Shown piece after piece: positions 13,070 through 26,290 of a stretch of DNA of 64,000 nt. This DNA is from Negaprion brevirostris (lineage: Eukaryota): positions 40,259,078 to 40,323,077 of the forward strand of contig JARDVH010000163.1 in NCBI GenBank assembly GCA_030324005.1, written 5' to 3'. The notes below the pieces were generated by a model. The model did not search any database. It saw only the letters and a program-made list of their open reading frames with translations, and was not told where the DNA came from. Positions within the stretch are counted from its first letter, which is position 1. Each line of letters begins with the position of its first letter. The translations under genes were made by a program, and so were the position numbers.

Positions 13070-13396
13070 CATAGAACCCTACAGTTCAGAGAAAGGCCCT
13101 TTGGCCCATCGAGTCTGCACCGACCACAATCCCACCCAGGCTCTATCCCCATACATTTACCAGCTAATCCCTCTAACCTACACATCCCAGGACACTAAGG
13201 GGCAATTTTAGCATGACCAATCAACCTAACCTGCACATCTTTGGACTGTGGGAGGAAACCGGAGGACCCGGAGGAAATCCACACAGACACGAGGAGAATA
13301 TGCAAACTCCACGCAGACAGTGACCCAAGCCGGGAATCGAACACAGGTCCCTGGGGCTGTGAAGCAGCAGTGCTAACCACTGTGCCACCGTGCCGT
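13070..13396 (-). mobile_element. HE1-type SINE, full length
   Basis: Reverse complement of the same consensus. Confidence 0.9.
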
Positions 13397-13519
13397 CCAT
13401 AGGGACAGCAAGTTCCTCAGAGTGTCCTGAGTTCTTCTCTTCTAGCCTCGGAGTCTCCAAAGCCCGATGCTCTTCAGTCTTCTCCTCAGATCAGTCTTTT
13501 GTTGAAAAGTACATTTGAA

Positions 13520-14480
13520 CTATGAGCTATGAATTAGGAGCAGGAAAAGGCCACGCAACCCCTCGAGCCTCCTCCACTATTCATCAAGATCATGTCAGAT
13601 CTGATTGCAATCTCAAGTCCATTTTACCACCTACCCCAATTAACCTTTCATCCTCTTACTTATCAAGAAACTATCTACCTCTGTCTGGAAAATATTCAAA
13701 GGCTTTGCTTCCACCACCTTCTTAGGAAGAGAGTTCCAAAGACTCGCTGTGTAAGTTGCTCCACTCTCAGCAATGGGAAGAACAGCGGAAATTGGGGAAA
13801 CAAGTTAGTCCCGTTTTCTGCAATGAGATGAACTTCCCACAGATGATTAAGATGGGACAAGATTGCAGTACTGGATTTTGCAGCTTTTGAAGTGCTAAAG
13901 ATTCTGTCGAGGCTTTTGTTCTGACACCTAGCTCTGGAGAGAGAAAGGTTGTCCTCACCTCCGTTTTAAATGGGCAATCCTTTATTTTTAAACAGTAACC
14001 CCTAGTTCTAGATTCTCCCACAGGAGGGAACACCCCCTCCACATCCATGCTGCTAAGACCTGTCAGGATCTTATCTGTTTCAATCAATTTGCCTCTTACT
14101 CTTACTCCAGTAGTTACAAGCTTAGCCTATCCAACTTTTCCTCAGAAGACAACCTACCAATCCTGTACACAGTACTCCAGATGTGGTCTCACTAATGTTC
14201 GGTAAAACTGAAGCATAACCTCCCTACTTGCATATTCAATTCCCTTCCCAATAAACAATAACATTCTATTAGCTTTCCTAATAGCTTGTTGCATACTAAC
14301 CTGCTGCTATTGATGCACGAGGACACCCAAGTGCTTCTGTATCTCAGAGCTGTACAGTCTCTCACCATTTAGATATATGCTTCTTTTTCATTCTTCCTGC
14401 CCAAGTGGACCCTTTCACATTTTCCAACACATTACTCCATTTGCCAGATCTTTGCCCATTCATTTAACCTATTCCAATCT
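13520..14480 (-). mobile_element. CR1-type LINE 3' fragments
   Basis: LIETDKILTGL..D...FPPVGESRTRGY.LKIK..PFKTEVR peptide typical of the CR1 ORF2 end, plus the 3' UTR. Confidence 0.75.
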
Positions 14481-15349
14481 AAGCCTCCTCATTGTCCTTA
14501 CAGTTTAGTAATCCTGAAACCTACACTCTGCTTCCCAGAAATGCTGCTAAACTGTTGTCCTGTTCTGCTGATGATGATGTCCTCCCAGATCCAGAAGAAA
14601 ACCCACATCTCTAATATATCTTCCCTAAGAATTTTGTGGGAGATTGAATCCCTCAGGGCTGTGAGTTGGAGAAGGGAAGAGTATGAGCTGGAGCTGCATA
14701 GAATCTGTACTTGCTAAAGAGGAGCTTTATAAGTTTAATGTCAACAGGTAAAGGCTGTGCTTACAGATTGGACTGTAAGCTCGGGGGGGTGTAGAATTAA
14801 GGGTATAATGGGATATGCTCAGGTATGACATAGAAGATAATGTGTCACTGACATCAGTCAAGTGTTAGACTCCCTCTTACGAGATTGGAACACCATAAGT
14901 AGGGGCAGTGTGCCTACTCTGTAACCTGTTTAGATGTAGCATTAATAAGATTAGCAGAGCAAGACTACAGTTGGAATTTTTCCCAAAAAAGCACTAAGTG
15001 CCCAATGTGTGGGAAGACGGGGGCTTTCCCCACTCACTTTTTGGACATACTTACCTGAATGAATCTCCAGCATTCTGTGCATGAGTGCCTCAGAGAGATT
15101 TACACCAGAAATGGGAAGGTCTCATCTCATCTGAGAGCATAGTGCTGAGCAGGCTATTGTGCATGCACCAATCTGTCAGTGGGGGGATCAGCACATGCAC
15201 ATTCCAGCCTCCTGATCGATGGCCTTCCAATATTAACCCTGACCTTCCTGACTGATCATCAGCCTTCACAACTCCATCCCCTCCGATCACTGACCTACCT
15301 GACATCCCTCGGGCCAGCCCCAGTCTCCGCCCCTCGTATGGCCAGCCTC

Positions 15350-15705
15350 AAGTGCTCCGGTTTCCTCCCACAATCCCAAGCTGTGTGGATTAGGTTGATT
15401 GGCTACGCTAAATTGCCCCGTACTGTTCCAGGATGCATAGATTAGTGNNNNNNNNNNNNNNNNNNNNNNNNNNNNNNNNNNNNNNNNNNNNNNNNNNNNN
15501 NNNNNNNNNNNNNNNNNNNNNNNNNNNNNNNNNNNNNNNNNNNNNNNTCCCAAGATGTGTGGATTAGGTTGATTGGCTACGCTAAATTGCCCCTTACTGT
15601 TCCAGGATGCATAGATTAGTGGGATAAATATATAAGGATAGGGTGTAGCTGGGATTGCTGTCAGCACAGACTTGATGAGCTGAATGGCCTGTAGGGTTTC
15701 TATGA
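15350..15705 (+). mobile_element. Partial HE1-type SINE across a gap
   Basis: gtgctccggtttcctcccaca core and tail. Confidence 0.75.
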
Positions 15706-15974
15706 TTGAGATAACCATCTCAAGGAATCCATCTAGTGGAACATTTCCCCCTCTAAGACAAATATATACCTCCTGAGGTCTGGAGACCAAAATTATTCAC
15801 AGTACTTCAGCTATAGTCTTGAAGCAACTCCTCGAGCTGTGTGAAACATACTATCCCAAGATATAAATGGTAAATTCACGAGCATTTCCTTCCTGCAAAT
15901 ATATCAGGCTGCACCTGTGTACACGAACCATGCACTTACACAGTTGTACTTGAAAAAGTGCTGCTTTATATCAT

Positions 15975-16625
15975 GGGCAGAATCTAATGGTCCTGGTGGG
16001 GGCCATCCACCGATTGGAAAATGTAGCAACCTCACTTTGGCCATTTGCAGGAGGCATGATTAGAATAAATCCCGATCAGGCACTTACCCTCCTGTCATCA
16101 TGTTCTAGGCTCCTGTGAGAGAAATATACCCCAGAAATCTTAGAACACACCCAAAGGCCAGAGTCTTTCCAGCACTGGAAACACCACCAGGAGCAGAGGC
16201 CACAGCTCATACTGCAGTGGAGCCAAGTCAAGGGATCAGTAATGGAGTCTCAGGATTAAAGCTAGTGGGGCCAGTTTGCTGGGACCAGGCAGGAAACCCC
16301 AATGAGAGGGAGAAAGGGGAGGGTTAGTGCTTAGGATAGCTGGAGACTTCATCCATGGATAGCCCTTGCCTTCAGCAGAACTCAACATTAAAAATGGCTG
16401 CCCAGATGGAAGAGATCTCACATAGCAGGCCTCAGACATAAATGGATGTGATCCTTAAGTTGCCATTTAAGGGTCTCAGTTGGTCTTAAGGCTGGGAGGT
16501 TTTCCTCACCCTGCACTAAATCGGACCAGGAAAGACTTCCCGCCTGATCACATGCTACCTGCACCCTGCCTCACCTTGGAACACCCCACCCCGCAGCTTC
16601 ACAGGGGGTGCAGTATATTCTGGCC
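15975..16625. mobile_element. MITE-like non-autonomous DNA element
   Basis: Ends gggcagaat... / ...attctggcc form an imperfect TIR; flanks cat/aat. Confidence 0.45.
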
Positions 16626-19187
16626 AATTTCTATCAATGGTTGTATCAATTAATAACTGGCAGGTTAGCTTAGAGTGTAAAACAAAAGTAATTATGAGAT
16701 GGAAATTCTGGATGTTGGGTGATTTGTGTTCCATGTGGAATATGGCATACCACAATACAAAACATACAACAGGACACAATGGCATTTCTCCAAACATCTC
16801 CCTTTTCACAAAACTATTTGCAAATAGCAAGTCACCCACATATACGATTGATTTAAAAAGTCATTACAATGAATTCTAGTCTGCCTCTACACATGCATTA
16901 TGCACCTTAACACTGTGTCTCCTGCCAACATAAAATGGCCAAGCAAGATAGCCACCATATGCACTGGTCCGCACATGCACGGGAAACCAATGATGTCACT
17001 CCATTGTGCCCAGTGCAGTCTGTCAGTATCTCTCTGCATATGTGTCAATGATGTCACATATGCTGTGACATCAGTATACACTTGCACGGTCCTCCTCAGA
17101 GATACAGTGGAACAATGTAGTATTAATGGTTCCATCAAGGAGTTGGTGTACAATGGGATTTCTGTTTGTCTTTTCACCAGTTGCTGCAGCTAATAGTAAA
17201 CTGCCAACACTGCAACCACTTTACCCGTCTGAGCAGAGGATACATTTTGTGCAGAGCATTCCTCCCATTTGAAAACCACTACAGAGCTATCTGGGTGGAT
17301 CATCAACTTCAGACAACTTCCTTCCTCATTATTGTTTCCTCTGCAAATTTGTTGAATTCTGTCATGCAGTACAGATGAGGCCCTACAGCCCGTCGAGTCT
17401 GTGCTGACAAAACTGCACCAAATCTACATTAATCCCATTTTCCAGCACTTGGCCATAGCCTTATATGTCATGACATTTCAAGTGCTCATCCACATACACA
17501 TTCATACCATTGAGTTTAGGTTCTTTTTCTGCATAGAAGACTTGGAACAGTTGTGATAACACTATGGAGATATTAAGGGCATGTTGAGGATGGATAAAGG
17601 GACACCAATGACTAAAACAGTGCTAGGATGATTTAGGCCATGCCACCTTTGGTCCTGGTCACTGCCCAGCCTGTCGTTCACAATGATGCCATGGAGTAAC
17701 ACACTCACAGCACATACACACCATTGGCAGAAAACTTAGCTAATCTTTAAAGCCTTCAGGTCTTCCATTGGCATGCATGCTGTTCACTGTTAGTTGTTCA
17801 TTTGTTATCTGCTGGGTCCTGGGACTACGTTGCCTCTGTATGGTATGTTATTGCCATGGTGCGTGTTGCTGCTGACCTGTTGATTTGTTGGGGGAATTGT
17901 TGACATCTGGAATGGCTGGTTCCCCTCCATGCATTTTGCTAGTTACATACTCAAAAAAAGTCTCTAACAAGTTTGTCAAACATGATTTCCCTTTCATAAA
18001 TCACTGTTGACTTTGCCCAATCCTGTCACCATTTTCTAAGTATCCAGTTACTGGTCATTCCATTCAGTTGGTGAACAAACTCTTCCTCATCAGTTGTCTG
18101 CTGTGAAGGAACAGCTTCTTTGGTCAAATGTGTCTGGGTTGCGACGATATATCTGGTTGTTCACGTTTCCTGTGTACAATTGAGGCGACAACTGCTTTAC
18201 ACAGTTGCCAAGTTGCCCCATTGGGATGAGTTATTCAGTGTTTACACTCTGACCAGCTTGCTGACTCTTAACTCTGGCAATGATTTGGCCACTTTATCAA
18301 AGTGAAATTTTGTATTCTGTCATTTCAATTAAATTTTGTCACTCACTCTTGTCTGGCTTCAGTAGATTTTTGATAGCTTTTTTATAATTTTATTGGAAGA
18401 GTAATTGCAATGCACATGATATTAGTGATTGGACTGTTATCTATGCCTTCAGTCGATGTGTTTCTCCACTTTTAGGCCAACTTGTACATTGCTGTGCTGG
18501 ATCTATTCAATTTTTGATGATTCCTTTGGCAATTTTTACCACTGCTTCAGACCTTCAATTTGGCCAGAGATAATGTGGCGATGGTGTGTAGGTCTGAATT
18601 TGCCAATCATTCATGGAATGCCTGAATTCTTCACTGGTGAACTGAGGACCATTTAGCACACCACAATGTCAAGAATGCTGAGGCAACTGAAGTGTGCATG
18701 CAGGCATTCCACAGTGTCACTGGTAGTCATTGAAGTCAACTTTCCTAACACCCAATCGTCTGAATAGTAGTCAATGGCAACACAGATACTCTGTTCTAAA
18801 GAGATTAAAGAGGTCTAGTCCAAACTTCATTAGTCATGGGCAGCTCTTTAACTTGCTAAGTTTGATATTCATTACAAGCACTGCACTAGCTGCTATGGTT
18901 CTCAACCTCATTGCACATGGTTGGCCCATATAGCGCCTCTCTTACCTTCCTCAGACTAAACTCGATTCCTTGCTGGCTTGAATACATGCACTTTTGTATA
19001 TCTTCTCTCATCTCCTTAGGAATGATGATCTAGTTACTTTGTACAAGATCCCATCCTGGGAAATCACTTCATCTCCGTATGTCCAATAATCACTTATTCT
19101 CTGGTTTCAGGTCACCCTTTCATCACTGCTGCCTGTACTTGGGCAGTTTGCTTGAACTGAGCAAGGTGCTTTATTGTCAGATGCATT

Positions 19188-20327
19188 GGGCCCGTTTTCG
19201 GGCGCAAAATCGCAGTAAATTCGGGCGTCGGGCCTGTAATGCGATCTGCACCCAATACTGAGCAGATCGCGCCTTTGCCGACACCCGATTTGGTCTTGAA
19301 TCCGGTCTGCACCCCAATCGGATGGCCTGACGATTTAAATGCATTAGCATGTATTTAAATCGACTTAATGAACCACGCACCCAACTCTACCGCCAATTCC
19401 CAATTTACCGTCTTCGGATCCTTTCTGGATCCGTGCTGTTACCAACCTGCAGAATAAAAATCCGAAGCGGATTCCTATTCTGCAAGGGGAACCTCCGAAA
19501 TCCATCCTCCTTGAACACCCTTTGCAAACCCCCCACTAACCATCCCGGCAGACCTGTCCCCCCACAATCCAAACCCCTGGGAGGCAGACCCCCATCCCCC
19601 ACCCCCGGCAGAACCTCCACCTCTCCCCTGCGATCGCGCCCCCCCCCCACCCCCCCTCTGGGAGGCANNNNNNNNNNNNNNNNNNNNNNNNNNNNNNNNN
19701 NNNNNNNNNNNNNNNNNNNNNNNNNNNNNNNNNNNNNNNNNNNNNNNNNNNNNNNNNNNNNNNNNNNNNNNNNNNNNNNNNNNNNNNNNNNNNNNNNNNN
19801 NNNNNNNNNNNNNNNNNNNNNNNNNNNNNNNNNNNNNNNNNNNNNNNNNNNNNNNNNNNNNNNNNNNNNNNNNNNNNNNNNNNNNNNNNNNNNNNNNNNN
19901 NNNNNNNNNNNNNNNNNNNNNNNNNNNNNNNNNNNNNNNNNNNNNNNNNNNNNNNNNNNNNNNNNNNNNNNNNNNNNNNNNNNNNNNNNNNNNNNNNNNN
20001 NNNNNNNNNNNNNNNNNNNNNNNNNNNNNNNNNNNNNNNNNNNNNNNNNNNNNNNNNNNNNCGCCACCCCCACCCCCTCCACCTCCCACCCCCCAGCTCT
20101 CTCTGTTTTATCTTTCACGCCCAGGCGCACTATTTCAGATCTTTTTAAAATTGCGCATACGCAGTTCAGAGCTCCGATCGTTCCGGCAGCGCTAAGCTCC
20201 ACCACACTGCGCGGACAGGACCGGAACTGGCAAAAAGCATATGGGCGTGCTGGAACGAGGATTCCGCGCTCAGATCCATTTTATGTCCAGATCCAGCACT
20301 TAACCTCCGATTGGCAAAATCTGGCCC
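19188..20327. mobile_element. GC-rich MITE-like element with GGGCC termini and ATT target-site duplication
   Basis: att|gggcccgtttt ... aaaatctggccc|att; CpG-rich interior; includes an N gap. Confidence 0.65.
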
Positions 20328-20639
20328 ATTGTCTCTGCTGAACTGATGACTTAAAGAGCATGTTGCAACATTGCTTCTTGTAGAACCTGGAAGATTTCAC
20401 ACTCTGTACTAGCTGTTAAGAGAGTTCAAAAAATATAGTCGTCCTAATGCAATGTCCTTACTGAACTGAATTATAACATGGCTGTCCCCATACATTCCCT
20501 CATGATCAAGGTCACAAGACTATGGGAAGTCAGATAGCACATGTAGTAATGATTGCAATTCAAAACCCAAAAATTCCTTTTCCTTAATGACCAACTGACA
20601 ACTTTACATGCACTATCATGTGTAACTGTAAATTACCCA

Positions 20640-21099
20640 TAGAACAATAGAACCCTACAGTGCAGAAAGAGGCCCTTTGGCCCAACGAGTCTGCACTGAC
20701 TACATTCCCACCCAGGCCTTACCTCGCAATCCCTACATATTTTACCCACTAATCCCTCTAACCTAAGCATCTCNNNNNNNNNNNNNNNNNNNNNNNNNNN
20801 NNNNNNNNNNNNNNNNNNNNNNNNNNNNNNNNNNNNNNNNNNNNNNNNNNNNNNNNNNNNNNNNNNNNNNNNNATTTTACCCGTTAATCCCTCTAACCTA
20901 AGCATCTCAGGACACTAAGGGCAATTTTAGCATGGCCAATCAACCTAACCTGCGCATCTTTGGACAGTGGGAGGAAACCCATGCAGGCACGAGGAGAATG
21001 TGCAAGCTCCGCACAGACAGTGACCCAAGCTAGGAATCGAACCTAGGTACCTGGAGCCGTGAAGCAGCAGTGCTAACCACTGTGCTACCGTGCCACCCA
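20640..21099 (-). mobile_element. HE1-type SINE (gap inside)
   Basis: Reverse complement of the HE1 consensus. Confidence 0.88.
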
Positions 21100-21674
21100 T
21101 GTAGCCAAGTAGCCCACTACACAGCAACTGTTGTCATGCATTAATAAACTGTTTTTCTAGTCGGTCTCTGCAAATGCATTACATACATGTTCATTACAGT
21201 GTGCCAGTCTTTTCCCATTGCCACTGGCTGTTTGTTTGGGTAATGTTGCCTCACTGGAGAGTCTTGTTTAAGTAGCATTTGTTATTGCCCTGGAACCTGT
21301 TGCTATTGTTCCATTTCCAGTGTTAGGTTTTAGTGCACCTCTGGGAGTAATGGTAACTTTACACTGTGCAACTGGTGAGGTCCTATGTGAGTGTGAGTAA
21401 CAGCAGTGATGTTGGAGGGGCCCCCCTTCGAACTGCTAGAGTCCAGAGGTTCTACGTGGCGTGAGGATGGTCCAGCCTGTTCTGATGCTCAGCCTGCAAG
21501 AGAAGGCACACGTGTGATGATACTGTGCCTTTCAGGAATGTGTTGTAGTCACATTTCAGTGCTGAATCTGTTTGCCAGACTCTTCTATTTCATGAGAGTC
21601 ATTTTGTCTGGATCCAGCAGCACTGTATTGTTTCTGCAACAGCATAATTAATCTTAATGGCTGCAATGTTTATT

Positions 21675-22230
21675 TTAACCTGAACCAATGCAGAGTTTGG
21701 TTATTTTGTGTTTTCCCCAGGATATTTCAGAGTGGGGCTTGATTAGATTGATTGACAAGTAGGGTCATATTACAGGGTGGGGCTAGGCTTTCACAGAGAA
21801 ATCAAAGCAATCTGGGATCTTTAGAAAGATCTTTCTCTGTATCTCTTGCTCTGTCTAAAGTGGAGACTGGAATCTGCTAAGAAATAAATCTTTCTCTCAG
21901 AGATTCTACTGTTTGGTAATGGAACTTTCTCTGGAAATTGCAGCATGTGAATTAGAAAGCAAGTCTGGATCACTCTCCAGAAGTGTTAAAAGGCCAGGAA
22001 TCTAGTACCTTCATAAGCATCTTTGAGCTATGTGCTTCTAAAGAAGGAATTTATGTGCATGTGGGGATATTGCTATATTGGAACAATAGAGATAGCTAGC
22101 AATTAAGAATTATACTTCGTCATGTTTAAGTATTTTAATTGGTAAAAGTTATGTTAATTCCTTTTGTTATATTCTAACTGTTTCTTAAATAAAGTTTGTT
22201 TTGTTAAAAGCTTCCTGGTAGGTCACTGGA
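21675..22230 (+). mobile_element. Possible solo LTR
   Basis: Non-coding block with aataaa at about 22188 followed by a U5-like tract; composition resembles 62760-63335. Termini are not defined. Confidence 0.3.
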
Positions 22231-23015
22231 ATTGAAGATTGTTTGGATTGTTCAGAAGATTTCATTCTTCTTATTTGATCCATAATTTCTTTATTTTTCT
22301 TGAAGTACAGACTAAAAGAGAATTTAATATGATTAGTATGAAATGTTGCTATTTAAAGTCTTGCATAAAGTAGTCGTTGATCTAAATTGAACAAAGACTG
22401 CAAGAAGAAAGTACGTCTGTCAATATTTTGTGGTTGTGTTTGCTTAAGGTTAAATTCTGTGATATCCAAGAATTCCTAATGGATCTGAACGCAGTTAAAA
22501 ACATCATTTTATGGTTGTTAGCAAACACAATACTTGGGTTAGTTCTTAGGTATCACAACTTACACATTAGTTCATATCAGGATATTTGCCTTCAATGAAT
22601 GTTGTTGATGTGTGTGATAATGCAAGTATGGTCTGATACCATTTCTTTACCTTCTTGTTATTAATTTCTGGAATACTTTTGAGTTCATTAAGGTGAATTA
22701 CTATGAGTTCAAGGTTAGCGTTATTGCAACATGTTGTACTATGCCTTTAAGGAAATGTATCTGAAACTACTTTTGATCGCTACCAGCGAGGCAGAATGTG
22801 ACACTGAACACTTCAATATTTTTAAGCCAAAAATGGATAGATTCTCAGTAAACAAGGGATGACAAGTTATCGGAGGAAAGTGGGATATACATTTACTGTT
22901 AATGTCAGATCAGCCATGATCTTATTAAATGGCAGNNNNNNNNNNNNNNNNNNNNNNNNNNNNNNNNNNNNNNNNNNNNNNNNNNNNNNNNNNNNNNNNN
23001 NNNNNNNNNNNNNNN

Positions 23016-23316
23016 GGTTCAATTCTGGCCTTGTGTGACTGTCTGTGTGGAGTTTTCACATTCTCCCCGTGTCTGTGTGGGTTTCCTCCGGGTGCTCCAA
23101 TTTCCACCCACAATCCTAAAATATGGAGGCTAGGTGGATTGGCCAGACTAAATTGCCCATTAGTGTCCCAAAATGCATAGATTAAGTGGATTAGCTATGG
23201 TAAATGTATGGGATTACATGTGGGGGGAGAGGGACTGGATAAGATACTCTGTCAGTGAATCGGTACAGACTAGATGGGCTGAATGGCTTCTTCTGCATGT
23301 AGGGATTCTATGATTC
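23016..23316 (+). mobile_element. HE1-type SINE (head in gap)
   Basis: V core and CR1-like tail. Confidence 0.85.
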
Positions 23317-23659
23317 TTCCAGGTAACATTGTCTTTATATAATCATATCTTCAAATAAAGAACTCACATCAGTGTTTTATTAATCCTTATTGTATAATTT
23401 GTACCTTGACATTAAAAGGAAGAATGCAACAAGTATTCTGGTGGGAGAAAGTAAAACTGCATTTATTTCCTATAAGCAAAAAGGGGGTAATGGTCATAAT
23501 ACGACATCCACTCGGGGTGACTATATAGGAGGGCATGTACTGCACTGTCTAGTTGGGCAGAGTATGCTTCAACTACTTCACTTGCGTGGCTTACCAGGGT
23601 TGGGAACAGAGTTGGAGATGGTATTAAAATGTTGCACTATCAGCCTTGCCTTGGAGGAG

Positions 23660-24335
23660 TAACAGTCTCACACCCCAGAGTCAGAAAGTCAAAGGTTCGA
23701 GCCGCACTGTAGATACTTGAGCACATAGGGGCAAGTTTTCCCATTCCACCCACCATGGGAATCATTGAGGGCAAGGGGCAGACCGGAAAAGTCCGTTGAC
23801 CTCGGGCAGGATTTTCCAGTTTTGAAGCGAGTGTGACTGGAGAATCTTGCCCATAATCCTAGCTGATGCTTCAGCGCAGGATTGAGCAAGTACTGCGTTG
23901 GCAGCTGGAAATCTCTAACCTCGCCAGCGGCTGGGATTCTCTGGTCCCTCTGCAATGAATGGTATTTTGGCCGAGTGCCAAATTCTCTGTTTTCGCTGGC
24001 AGCAGTAGGGGACTGAACAAGATCGAGAATCCCAACTGCTATCTTTCATAAAGGACATTAAACCAAGGCCCTGTCTGATCTCTCAGGTGAGTGCAAAACT
24101 ATTAATAACATTGGAAGAGATAGGGTAGTCCAGTGTCATAGACAACATTTATTCTTCAACCAACATAACCAGAACAGATTATCTGGTCACTTACCTTGAT
24201 ACTGTTTGTGGGATTTTGATGTGTACAAATTGGCTGTCACACTTTCCGAGCAACAAAGCGGTGAAATTCCAAAACATATCTCATTGGCTCGGAAGCATTT
24301 TCAGATGTCCTGCAGTCATGAAATGTATTATAACT
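23660..24335 (+). mobile_element. DeuSINE (SacSINE1-like) interrupted by two short TIR elements
   Basis: gagtcagaa...acttgagcacata|...|ataatcctagctga...ttaaaccaaggccctgtctg...caaccaacat...cagattatctggtca...aaattggctg matches the Deu-domain SINE layout. Confidence 0.7.
23728..23852. mobile_element. 125-bp MITE with about 14-bp TIR and ATA TSD inside the DeuSINE
   Basis: ata|ggggcaagttttcc ... ggagaatcttgccc|ata; removing it restores gagcacataatcc of the host SINE. Confidence 0.7.
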
Positions 24336-24589
24336 TTTTGCGTATTATTGATAAAAGCATTTAATTGATGCATTTTCATGAAATTCTTTTGAAATGCTTT
24401 AAAACAGCAATTCAGACTTGTTAAATGAATTAAACTTATTCAATGAACAGCTGATTTATGGCATGAAGTGTATGTAACAAACTTACATATTCACCTAGGC
24501 TCTTGGAGTTTGTCCCTTTTGAGTTAAATTTAAATTAATTGAAACAATTAGTCTCCTGATGGGACAGAGCTTGTGTATTGCTGAAAAAA

Positions 24590-25200
24590 GAGACTCAAAG
24601 TTTTTTATCTTGCACTCACCAGGACAGATGCAAGAATGTCAAATTTCAAAGGGAGCATTAATTTATACTGCATGAGAAAAGAGTACTGATCAGTTGGCAA
24701 GTTGACTCTGATTGGTCAAGGCATTGTCACGGAGAATACACATGGAAACAATTATCCCTCACGCTTTTGTTTAATTCAGGACGGGCGCGCTGCCTGAACA
24801 TATTTCATTTGCCCACAGAGGTCTCTGAATATAAAAATATGTAACTGCCAGCAAGCAAAAGTGAACTATATTATGACCCCAACTGATCATTTTAAATTAG
24901 TTATTTTAATTCTTAGCAAACTTGGGATCATACAGTAGGTGCTGTCCAATTGCAGAATTGCATCTTGTCTTAGACATTATGTTCCAAACTGGTTGAGTGC
25001 AATCAGTACCCTGCCTGCTGTGAAGAGCTGAAGAGATGTGCTGTTTAGTACATTCACCAGTTGTTAGGTTGTACTGCCCATGTACGTGACATCACACCAC
25101 GTACTGAAATTCATATATCACATTACTCATTTGTGCAACAGGCATCTCCATTTTCCAACTGTATCCAACCAGCCAGCTGACTAGCTGTTGGGTAAGTCAT
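24590..25200 (-). mobile_element. Penelope-like remnant (GIY-YIG fragment and 3' region)
   Basis: Minus-strand CDVTYMGSTT*QL resembles C..YIG.T.R.L of the GIY-YIG endonuclease. Confidence 0.35.
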
Positions 25201-26290
25201 TTTCAGCACTTGATTGGAACAAGGGTTTGGAGAAGATCTAGAGAAGGGGGGTGGGGGGAGTGGGTGTAAGGAGGGGGTTAGTGGNNNNNNNNNNAATAAT
25301 TAGATCCTTACCATCTACCTCAACAGGCAGGTAAGGTCCCCATTTAATCTTAGATTTTAGCTGGGTTGTGGAGACTCGGGGGGACCTTTAGAAATGACTC
25401 TTAGGTCATGCATCCGACAGATCACAATTTCACTGGTGGTGGAGAAGGAGGTGGGGTAGTGACCTGGATCTGAAGCCAATTGGGGATGCTAGGGCTAAAG
25501 GGGATCAAGGATAAAGAAGGTTAAAGAAGCCAGGGCAGAATTGGAAGATATTTCAGACCAGTAGCAGGTCACAACGCACAATTTCAACACCAAAGATTTC
25601 TTTGAGAGTTAAGATTCTTATGGTCTAACAGCTGTCTGTAAGATGAGTTAGATTTAATTTTAGAAATGCAACAACAGGGCAATGTCTGTACATCATGTCT
25701 GGGGATGTCCTGATAGAGATGCTGTCTGAATCTCAGCAGTTTCTGTAAAGAATTTCTTCCTCAGCAGATTAACAGCTTTGCAAGAAAGATATAATTTCAT
25801 TAGAAAACTGAAACATTTAATTGAGTGAGTTTCCACCTCTGGACAGTAGACATTTTCAATTAGACAGGAATATGCAAACTGGCTTGATAGTAATTCAATA
25901 TCAGATAACTCAATGCGATGGCGTAACTCGCTTTATTTTGCAAAAATATCACTCAGACACTTGGGCCTTGACACCAAGTCCCAAGGTGCAGATCACCACC
26001 AGCAACGATAGGAGTAGAGAAAATGAATGGAGCTAAATCTGGATTGAGTGAGACGATGGCACAAGGCTGTTTTTGAAAGCTTGAATATTACAGAAGGAAG
26101 GGATGCATCAAGAAGTACGCACTTCTTCTATGTATGGTTACTTGAAAAGAAAGATGAATGCGATGTATTGATAACATGAGTGAAATTACACCTCTGTTTA
26201 ATCTACCCATCCGGCTTTGAAACAACTCGCTCAAAAAAGTCGACACTGCAAATTTGTTGTTGCACAGAAAATAATTCACATTCATCAACA

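Larger units (their letters stand above)
17600..21650 (-). mobile_element. Decayed Gypsy LTR retrotransposon (integrase core at about 18450-18830), with nested MITE and SINE
   Basis: Frameshifted minus-strand translation GLDLF...AIDYYSDDW...NGPQFTSEEF...SPHY...EAVVKIAKGIIK resembles the DDE integrase core. Confidence 0.7.

Noticed and set aside
15376-15620. Tandem duplications flanking gaps (also 20740-20907, 29275-29400, 51375-51400 and 59545-59570)
   Set aside because: Identical sequence on both sides of an N run is a typical unmerged contig overlap.
19349-20341. Long ORFs (330 aa here, also 4855-5643 and 41551-42081)
   Set aside because: They are open only because they cross N gaps and GC-rich low-complexity repeat sequence; there are no protein motifs.
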